From the IMG/VR virus record IMGVR_UViG_3300012920_000002, positions 1-50,903 of that record: a stretch of 50,903 nt of DNA, one strand, 5' to 3'. Below the pieces are notes generated by a model that was not told the origin of the DNA, made no database searches, and was given only the letters and a program-made list of their open reading frames with translations. Positions 44,190 to 50,903 of the stretch are shown piece after piece; within the stretch, counting starts at the first letter, position 1; every line of letters starts with the position of its first letter. This DNA comes from a virus. Taxonomy: Duplodnaviria; Caudoviricetes. Made by a program: the position numbers and the translations under genes.

Positions 44190-44663
44190 TCGACCGGCGC
44201 GGGCCTGGGCGGCGGTGTAGCCACTCCAGATCCGCGCCACCACCGACGGCCACAGCGTCTGCGGGAACCGATACACCCACAGCCGGCCCTCCTTCGGGTC
44301 CTCCGCCTCCCGCTCCATCACCAGCCGGCCTTCGCTCCAGGTCTTCCCACCGTCGATGGAGAACCCCCGGCACCAGGTCACCGCCTGCTCAACTGCCCGT
44401 CGCTGCATCTGGAGGGCCTTCTCTGCGGTGACCTCCACCAGGGGGAAGCCGCCGGACTGCTGGAGCGCCTGTGCGCGGGCATCCCCGGACAGTGCGCCCA
44501 CTGCCACTGCGAGGTTCACCAGCTCCCCACTCTCTGCGGCCTCTTCGGGGGAGATCATGCAGAAGCGGAGCTGCAGCGTGGCCCCACCGTGGGCGGGGTT
44601 CTCGAACAGGCCGGTGTCGACGGTGATGAAGCCGTCGCGCTCGATGAGCTGTGTGAGGTCCAT
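44100..44663 (-). CDS. Tail assembly chaperone (G-like)
   Basis: ATG overlaps the tail tube TGA; lies between tube and tape measure. Confidence 0.65.
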   Translation of the reverse strand: MDLTQLIERDGFITVDTGLFENPAHGGATLQLRFCMISPEEAAESGELVNLAVAVGALSGDARAQALQQSGGFPLVEVTAEKALQMQRRAVEQAVTWCRGFSIDGGKTWSEGRLVMEREAEDPKEGRLWVYRFPQTLWPSVVARIWSGYTAAQARAGRFPGPGLPAARGDGPEAREERRGAAGAGVG

Positions 44664-45625
44664 CAGGCGCCTGCCTTTGTGGCGGTGTCCTGGGTGTTGG
44701 TGATGGCGATGGAGACGCCGGCGTCGCTGCCCTTCGTCTGCGCATCCCAGATCACCGAAGCCTTCAGCGGCCCAGAGTCCGGCACGTCGTCGTCCCAGTC
44801 CTTCATCTCCGCATTCGTCAGCGTGATCGCAAAGGTGCGGGTGCCGTCGGTCCAGGTCAGCGTGAGGTCGCCCTCGGTGTCTGCGCGGAAGGCGTTGTGG
44901 GCATCGAGGGAGTCGAACCAGAGGGTCATCTTGACCTGTGCCGACCGGCCTGCGGCGGAGAAACCGGGCTCCTCGGTGACGGTGGAGAAGGCGCAGAAGC
45001 GGGGGGCGAGGCCGTTGTCGATGGTGACCTGGATGGTCTCCGGGCACCAGTCCGCCACACCACCCCATGAGAAGCTCGCGTCGATCTCACCGAAGTCCAC
45101 CAGGGGAAGATCCGGCGCGCTCCAGCTGGTCGCCGGGGCAACGCGACCGTCCGGGGAGTCCTCGGCGATGTAGTCGAAAGCCGCTGTGAGGCCCTCGCCG
45201 CTCTTGTAGTCGAGGACCGCCTTCGACAGCTTCACGCCCCGCACCAGCTCCTCGTACCCGCCCGAGCCCCCGATCATGCGCACCATCGTGAGGATCGGAA
45301 GCTCGGTGGCCGGGGTGTAGGTGTGGGCGTAGGTGGGGCCTCCGCCGCCACCGTCGGCGCTGCTGCCAAGGAGGGCCTCCCAGAGCAGCCCGTGACCCTC
45401 ATAGGCCGCCTCGATGGAGAAGCTGCCGTTGCTCTCGGTGACCGTCTTCTTGAGGTTGTCGGTGAAGCCGTTGGCAGCGGGGATGCTCTTGCCCCGGACC
45501 TTCTTGGTCTTGGTCGAGTGCTTGTTGCGGATGAACTGCGTGACGCGCATGTCTGCAGCGTCGGTGTGCTCAGTGCCCCAGTCGGCCTGGGGGAAGAAGA
45601 GGAGGCCGGAGCCAGCGCCAAACAT
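44663..45625 (-). CDS. Major tail tube protein
   Basis: 320 aa; YAHTYTP, VTIDNGL and ITNT motifs and position. Confidence 0.8.
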   Translation of the reverse strand: MFGAGSGLLFFPQADWGTEHTDAADMRVTQFIRNKHSTKTKKVRGKSIPAANGFTDNLKKTVTESNGSFSIEAAYEGHGLLWEALLGSSADGGGGGPTYAHTYTPATELPILTMVRMIGGSGGYEELVRGVKLSKAVLDYKSGEGLTAAFDYIAEDSPDGRVAPATSWSAPDLPLVDFGEIDASFSWGGVADWCPETIQVTIDNGLAPRFCAFSTVTEEPGFSAAGRSAQVKMTLWFDSLDAHNAFRADTEGDLTLTWTDGTRTFAITLTNAEMKDWDDDVPDSGPLKASVIWDAQTKGSDAGVSIAITNTQDTATKAGA

Positions 45626-45634
45626 GGGGTACTC

Positions 45635-46393
45635 CTACGCGCGGACCTGCAGCTGCACAGGCAGTGACAGCCGCTGGCCGAGGTTGGTGGTGATCAGAAG
45701 GGTCAGGGTGTAGTCCTGGTTGGCGAGGCCCCCGAGCAGGGCCACGCGGACGAACTGGCTGCCGACGAGGCGGATCCGGGTCCGGTCGAGCATCGCGGGC
45801 TGGCTCTCCGGCGGCTCGGCGGTGTCGACGACATCGACGGCGAGGTAGCTGACCCACTCCAGGAGGAGAGAGCCCAGCTCCTGACCGCGCCGCTGCCCCA
45901 TCGGGAACCGCGCCCAGAGGTGCCGGACCTCCTCCGGCCGCTTCGTGTAGACCGGCAGGCTGTCCCCAGCCGTCGGGGGTCGGTAGTCGATGCGCCAGCC
46001 CCCAGGCTGCTCAGTGGAGATGCGACCGGTGAGCGGGCCGGTGATCGCGGGGCCGTCCGCCGGATCATCTGCAGCGTTCGGGTCACCCCAATGCAGCCAG
46101 AGCAGACAGACCGCCGAGCCGGACGGGGCCGTCCAGCCGGAGACCTCCAGGGTGAGGCTGCGGCCGGCGTGGCTGGCTTCGGGCGCGCGCCGGTAGTCCA
46201 GCTGCGTCTCCCCGTCTGCGGTGGTGACCGCGATGTCGAAGAAGTCCGGGCGGACCTTCTCCCAGAACGCCGACCAGCGCACCGGGATGGTGATGGTGAC
46301 GGACTGGTTGTCCTGGGGCGCGTGCAGATCCCCCACATCGACCTCGACGGCGACGGGGGCCTGGTGGGCGAAGCGTGCAGCGAGGGTGCTCAT
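45635..46393 (-). CDS. Virion protein with DUF2341-like N-terminus
   Basis: FWEKVRPDFFDIAVTTADGETQLDY...LWLHWGDP. Confidence 0.55.
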   Translation of the reverse strand: MSTLAARFAHQAPVAVEVDVGDLHAPQDNQSVTITIPVRWSAFWEKVRPDFFDIAVTTADGETQLDYRRAPEASHAGRSLTLEVSGWTAPSGSAVCLLWLHWGDPNAADDPADGPAITGPLTGRISTEQPGGWRIDYRPPTAGDSLPVYTKRPEEVRHLWARFPMGQRRGQELGSLLLEWVSYLAVDVVDTAEPPESQPAMLDRTRIRLVGSQFVRVALLGGLANQDYTLTLLITTNLGQRLSLPVQLQVRA

Positions 46394-46893
46394 GTCCCAC
46401 CTCGACAGGGTGTGGACCAGGAGAAGGAGAGAACCAGCCGCACACAGGCCCGGTCCGGCATGCTGAAGAAGTGGCCAGGGAAGAGGGTCGTCTCGACGGC
46501 GGCGAGCTGGAGCTGGCGGAGACCGGCGGCCTGCAGGTCAGTGTTCTGGCGAAGGGAGATCAGCCAAGCGGGATCCTCCATCAGTGCCAGCAGGTCCGCC
46601 TCCAGGTCGATGCTGCGCAGGTGCAGGTCCGGGTGGCTGCCTTTCCCGTGCCAGCAGTCGAGGAAGAGCTTCGGTGCCCGGGTGCGGCTGTTCATCGCGC
46701 CCCGGCTCCGGGTCTGGTTGGCCTGCCGGTACACGAACGCGATCGGCGGCTTCCCCGGGAGCTTCTTCGCCGGGAAGCGCCCCACGCGGACGCGTCCGGG
46801 CGCAGAGAGGTCCAGCCCGCTGTGGCCAGCGCCGGCGAGGGTCGCTGTACGGCTGACCACCTGCTCCAGGAGGAGTCGCTGTGCGCTGCTCAT
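46390..46893 (-). CDS. Putative tail terminator/completion protein
   Basis: 167 aa; position in the neck module. Confidence 0.5.
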   Translation of the reverse strand: MSSAQRLLLEQVVSRTATLAGAGHSGLDLSAPGRVRVGRFPAKKLPGKPPIAFVYRQANQTRSRGAMNSRTRAPKLFLDCWHGKGSHPDLHLRSIDLEADLLALMEDPAWLISLRQNTDLQAAGLRQLQLAAVETTLFPGHFFSMPDRACVRLVLSFSWSTPCRGGT

Positions 46894-47297
46894 CGCACCC
46901 CCAGCGCAGTCATCAGGAACGCCTGCAGCTCGCCTTCCACCGGTCGAAGCCCGTCGGTGAAGGCATCCCGCAGGTAGAAGGTGCCGGGCCGGGTGGTGAT
47001 CTCCCCGTCGCCGTTCGCGTAGTCCCAGCCGTACTCCTGGAAGACGGCATGCTGACTGTCGAGGTCACCACCGGCCTGCAGGACGATCTCCACGCCGGCA
47101 GGGAGCGGTGTTGCGCCGCTGTCGATGGATTCGTACAGGCGAAAGGTCTGTGGGGTCATCCGGGACAGGGCGTTCTGCTGGGCGGTAGAGCGCATCCGGT
47201 CGGCGGTGGCCTCGCCCAGCCCCTGCAGGCCTTCCATCAGGCCCCCGGTGGCCAGGGCAGTCCAGGCATCGACCATCTGCGTGAAGGTCATCGACAC
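46890..47297 (-). CDS. HK97 gp10-like neck protein
   Basis: TFRLYESI...HAVFQEYG...YLRDA pattern. Confidence 0.65.
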   Translation of the reverse strand: MSMTFTQMVDAWTALATGGLMEGLQGLGEATADRMRSTAQQNALSRMTPQTFRLYESIDSGATPLPAGVEIVLQAGGDLDSQHAVFQEYGWDYANGDGEITTRPGTFYLRDAFTDGLRPVEGELQAFLMTALGVR

Positions 47298-47298
47298 A

Positions 47299-47988
47299 TC
47301 AGCCTCCCTGACCGCGTGTCAGGCAGAACGGCGCGAGCAGCTCGCGGACTGCCGGCAGGAGGGTGAAGGGCCGGACGCCGACCGAGGCCCCGTCGACCGC
47401 ATCGGCGGTCTGCCCGACCAGGGCGCGGTTGTTCCACAGGTGCTTCAGCTGCAGACCCGCAGCAAGCCGCATGTCGTCGGGGATCTCCTCGTAGCCCGCC
47501 GTCAGCACGATCTGGATCGCCCGCTCGGCGGTGCTCCACAGGTCCGCGCTCGGCTTCTTCCGCAGCGCCCAGACGTCCCGGAACAGGATGTAGTCATCAC
47601 TGGAGACCTCGGTGTCCTCGCCCCACTCCCACTCGGCATCGTCGTGCACGCTGGTGATCGCAGAGACCGGCCAGATCGGCAGCAGCAGGCGGTCCGTGCC
47701 GGTGGCCCCGGTGGTGGTCTGCATCAGGCCGGTGGTGCCCCAGGTGGTCAGGGGAACCGAAGACGCCCAGCCGGCTTGCTGTCCCCGGGCCGGGGTGCCC
47801 GTCAGGTACAGCGTGTACTCCTGGCTGTGGACGGAGGGGGCATCAGTACCAGAGAAGGAGCTGAACCCCAGGTGGCGGGCGAAGGCGGCGTCGATGGCGA
47901 CCAGGATTGCGGTGATCGCAGCGTGTTCCTCCTCGCCATCGAGGGCGGAGAGGAAGTCGCTGAGGGCTTCTTCAAGGGTCAGGATCAT
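47299..47988 (-). CDS. Head-tail connector (gp6-like)
   Basis: MILTLEEA...LTAGYEEIPDDMRLAAGLQLKHLW...ELLAPF. Confidence 0.75.
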   Translation of the reverse strand: MILTLEEALSDFLSALDGEEEHAAITAILVAIDAAFARHLGFSSFSGTDAPSVHSQEYTLYLTGTPARGQQAGWASSVPLTTWGTTGLMQTTTGATGTDRLLLPIWPVSAITSVHDDAEWEWGEDTEVSSDDYILFRDVWALRKKPSADLWSTAERAIQIVLTAGYEEIPDDMRLAAGLQLKHLWNNRALVGQTADAVDGASVGVRPFTLLPAVRELLAPFCLTRGQGG

Positions 47989-48263
47989 CGGGTCACCTCC
48001 CCTGGGAAGCGGTGGCGGGTCGCAGTGACCTCGCCAGGGACCGAAAGAAGGCCGGTCAGGGGGTCGTAGTGGAGGACCGTGCCGAAGCACGGCGAGTCAT
48101 CGAGGTATGCGCAGTCAGCCAGAGCCGATTCCGAGCCCGGAGCCGTGTGTTCGACGCCCCACGTTGCCCCACCGGCATCACGGGCTCCCCCAGGCGCTGC
48201 GCCCGGGGCTCGGTCAGGGATGGCGCTGACCGAGGGGATCGGTTCTGGCTGGATGCCGGCCAC
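47985..48263 (-). CDS. Hypothetical protein
   Basis: 92 aa, fills the gap in the head operon. Confidence 0.4.
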   Translation of the reverse strand: MAGIQPEPIPSVSAIPDRAPGAAPGGARDAGGATWGVEHTAPGSESALADCAYLDDSPCFGTVLHYDPLTGLLSVPGEVTATRHRFPGEVTR

Positions 48264-48266
48264 GGA

Positions 48267-48707
48267 CTACTCGTAGGCCTCGGTCCGGGCCTCGCGAGCC
48301 ATCACGAGCAGGAGCTGGCCGGAGATGGCCTGCCCGCTTCCCTCATGGGAGACCGCGATGCGCACCGGCGAGGGGTCGCTGTTGCCGGCGGCCTGGGCGT
48401 GGTCGGCGCCGTAGTAGGTCGCGCCGCGGCTGGCCATGGGCACGACGACCGGCGAGCCATTGGTCAGCGCGCCCTGGGCGTCGGACTTCGAGGACCACTC
48501 GGCGACAGCGTAGGTGCCATCACCGGAGAGGACCTGCAGCTTGACGGCGTCGGTCCCATGGGCGGCGACGTCGGCATCCGGGCAGAAGGACGCCGACACC
48601 AGGCGCCAGGGGGTGTCCCCTGGCAGCGGCAGCATCAGGAGAAGAGGAGCCCCAGCGGCGGCGTTGACGTGCAGCGGCCCGAGGGGGAGGTTCTGGAAGT
48701 TGGGCAT
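48267..48707 (-). CDS. Putative capsid decoration/minor head protein
   Basis: 146 aa directly after the capsid gene. Confidence 0.5.
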   Translation of the reverse strand: MPNFQNLPLGPLHVNAAAGAPLLLMLPLPGDTPWRLVSASFCPDADVAAHGTDAVKLQVLSGDGTYAVAEWSSKSDAQGALTNGSPVVVPMASRGATYYGADHAQAAGNSDPSPVRIAVSHEGSGQAISGQLLLVMAREARTEAYE

Positions 48708-48750
48708 GGTGAGCCTCTCAGAAGGGGTGGACGGTCAGGTCAGGAGCAAT

Positions 48751-48776
48751 GCCGGGCAGGGGCTCCCCCACCCGGC
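48751..48776 (-). terminator. GC-rich hairpin downstream of the capsid gene
   Basis: Minus strand GCCGGGTGGGG-GAG-CCCCTGCCCGGC; no U-tract. Confidence 0.35.
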
Positions 48777-48789
48777 TGCAGCAGAGGGA

Positions 48790-50361
48790 TCAGGCGGCGA
48801 TGGAGCGGAAGCAGACGATGTTCTTCCGGTCCTTCGGGGCAGCGCAGTCGAAGGTGCCGCCCCAGCTGATGACGACGATGACCATGCCGTTGAGGATCTT
48901 GACCTCGGTCTGGATGCGGGCGGCCTGCTCCAGGTACAGCGACCACTCCTCGCGGTTGAAGAGCTGCGCGCTGGTGGTGCTCTTCGTCTCGCCGTCGTAG
49001 ATGCCGGCGGCGTTGAGGTCGGCGGTGATGAAGTCGTCGACCACCACCCGGGCACCGGCGACCGCCGCGACCTCGCGCTGATGGACGGTGGCCCGGTTGC
49101 CGTAGCGGTCGACGGTCTGGACCTGCTCCCACTGCGCGACGTGCTTGAAGAACGCCTCGCGGCTCAGGGTGAGGACCGTGGCCCCGTCACCGCCCAGCGG
49201 CCCCTCGATGTTGCCGTGGGCGCTCTGCACCATGCCCAGGGAGAAGCCCGCGGAGGCGTCGACCCAGTACTTGCCGGTCCCGCCGTCGATGCGCTGCGCA
49301 CGGTTGCGCAGCCCCTCCCAGATGCCGTTCCGGCGGTCCAGGGCCACCGCATACCCGTTCTCCGGGCTGCCGAAGATGCCGCGGGGGTCCCACATGACGC
49401 CGCCGGGGGCGTAGCTGTCGATGGGGTCGACGCCGTTGGCATTGCCGTTGACGACGGCGTCCGCGAGGGCGTACTTCATCGCCTTGGCCATCTTGCCGAT
49501 GATGGCGTTGTAGAAGTCGAGGATCGCCCGCTCGCTGGCACGCTCGTGGAAGGCGACCGCCGCACCGAGGTCCGAGGGCTTGATCTCGTCCATGCCGGTC
49601 TTCAGGGTGCTCAGGGGCAGATTGCCCGCCTCGGCCCCCGCCGCCACACCGCGCTGGTAGGGGATGACCCCGTTGGAGACGGTGGGGATCTTCATGCCGC
49701 CCTGGGTCAGGGGGTGGGTGGTGAAGAGGCCGGCGATGGTGGACTTGACGTGGATCTGGTCCCGGACCGTTGGCAGGGTCGGGGGCACGATCCAGTCCCC
49801 GCCGCTGCCGCTGTTGCTGCCCATGGCGCGGATCTGGCTGCGGATGGCGGCCGGTGCGCGGTCGAGGAGCTTGCGGATGCGGCCATCAAGGATGGGGGTG
49901 ACGCTCTGGCGGTCGTTCGGGGTCCAGAACAGCCCCCGGCGGGTGGCCTGCTTCTTGGCAGTGAGGACGAAGGCGCGCTGTGCCATGAGGCGCTGCAGCT
50001 CGGCCTGCCACTCACAGCGGGGGGTGTCGTCGAGCAGGCCCGCCGGGGGTGGGTCGCCGTCGTCGGAGCGGCTGGCGTCCCGCACCAGACGGAGACGCTC
50101 ATCGCCCTCCAGGTACATGCGCAGCTCGCCCTCTCCCTCGGCACCCGTGGGGGCGGGGGTGGCGTCCAGCTTGGCCTGCAGCTCGGTGTTCTTCTGCTGG
50201 ACCTGCCGGAGCAGCTCGCCGTGCTCGGTGATGGTGGTCTTGAGGTTCCGGTTCTCGTCGGACAGCTCGTTGAAGCCGTCGACCAGGAGGCCGGTGAGCC
50301 GCTTGGCTTCCTCCGGGGTCTTGGCGTTCTCGATGTCGGCGCGGGTGACGTTGATCGGCAT
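48790..50361 (-). CDS. Major capsid protein (HK97 fold, N-terminal coiled-coil delta domain)
   Basis: GAGGAG RBS; coiled coil, then SGGDWIVP, DAVVNGN and AGARVVVDD motifs; follows the protease gene. Confidence 0.88.
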   Translation of the reverse strand: MPINVTRADIENAKTPEEAKRLTGLLVDGFNELSDENRNLKTTITEHGELLRQVQQKNTELQAKLDATPAPTGAEGEGELRMYLEGDERLRLVRDASRSDDGDPPPAGLLDDTPRCEWQAELQRLMAQRAFVLTAKKQATRRGLFWTPNDRQSVTPILDGRIRKLLDRAPAAIRSQIRAMGSNSGSGGDWIVPPTLPTVRDQIHVKSTIAGLFTTHPLTQGGMKIPTVSNGVIPYQRGVAAGAEAGNLPLSTLKTGMDEIKPSDLGAAVAFHERASERAILDFYNAIIGKMAKAMKYALADAVVNGNANGVDPIDSYAPGGVMWDPRGIFGSPENGYAVALDRRNGIWEGLRNRAQRIDGGTGKYWVDASAGFSLGMVQSAHGNIEGPLGGDGATVLTLSREAFFKHVAQWEQVQTVDRYGNRATVHQREVAAVAGARVVVDDFITADLNAAGIYDGETKSTTSAQLFNREEWSLYLEQAARIQTEVKILNGMVIVVISWGGTFDCAAPKDRKNIVCFRSIAA

Positions 50362-50384
50362 GGGGATCTCCTCTGGTGGCGCGA

Positions 50385-50903
50385 TCAGGCGGATGCAGGG
50401 AACCACCACGCAAATGCGTGCGCGGGCTCCTGGCGGGTGGGTGCCGGCTCAGGGGCAGGCGCGGGCTCCGGCTCGGTGACCGGAGCAGGGGTGGGAGTCG
50501 GCAGCGGCTGGCCGGCGGACTCCGCGAGGGCCCGGAAGCTGCGTGCGGCCTCGGAGTCGGGCTGCTCGATGAGGGAGCGGACGAAGACGACGCCCAGGCT
50601 GCGGACCAGGTGGTCGAGGTTGCCGTTGGGGGCGAGGCGCTTCAGCCAGTCGGGGAGTTGGTCGGAGAGCCCGTCGAGGCTGCGCTTCATCACCGCACGG
50701 CTGTTGCCGGGGATGAGGACGCTGCTGATCTCGATCAGCTCGTTGTCCTCGTAGCAGATGCCGCCCTTGGGGTTGTAGAACTTGTGCTCCTTGGGCAGGT
50801 CTCCCATCCAGGTCCGTCGCCGGGCCCGGGCGCGGATGGAGACGGCGAACATGAAGCCCTCGCGGTACTGCCGGCCGAGCAGCTTCCCGGTCTTGTTCTC
50901 CTC
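50385..50903 (-). CDS. HK97-family prohead protease, 3' part
   Basis: FAVSIR...ELIEISSVLIPGNSRA; continuous with 1-573 via the terminal repeat. Confidence 0.88.
   Translation of the reverse strand, partial: EENKTGKLLGRQYREGFMFAVSIRARARRRTWMGDLPKEHKFYNPKGGICYEDNELIEISSVLIPGNSRAVMKRSLDGLSDQLPDWLKRLAPNGNLDHLVRSLGVVFVRSLIEQPDSEAARSFRALAESAGQPLPTPTPAPVTEPEPAPAPEPAPTRQEPAHAFAWWFPASA
50781..50903. repeat. Terminal direct repeat, right copy
   Basis: Identical to 1-123. Confidence 0.97.

Noticed and set aside
49742-49771. Additional palindrome copy in the capsid gene (CCGGACCGTT); similar half-site near 10916
   Set aside because: Only one arm is present, which is expected by chance in GC-rich DNA.

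Overview
The window appears to be a complete, circularly assembled temperate tailed-phage genome of about 50,780 bp: bases 1-123 are repeated exactly at 50781-50903, and the prohead-protease gene reads across that join. It is very GC-rich. It has HK97-type head genes and a siphovirus-like tail (tail tube, chaperone pair, tape measure, no sheath seen). It also carries a lysis cassette, terminase, two sigma-70-family proteins, three DNA methyltransferases, primase, ParB-like and exonuclease genes, a lambda-like cI/cro switch, a peptidase-less LexA-like regulator, and a tyrosine integrase whose own 3' end contains attP (the 3' half of a tRNA-Pro). Several independent hints suggest a Myxococcota-like host, but this is inference: attP inside int, GTTCAG-type SOS boxes, DCDD/DADGDGY motifs and an acidic lipoprotein. 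The most striking unexplained feature is a family of 13 dispersed 30-bp palindromes, GACGGTCCGG-N10-CCGGACCGTC. Eight copies have the centre CGGAATTCCG and five have a GTAA-type centre. Many lie in-frame inside genes at domain linkers. Two form the linker of a RusA-Dam methyltransferase fusion, and two form the inverted ends of a 270-bp single-gene cassette. All calls come from reading motifs by eye; no database searches were run.
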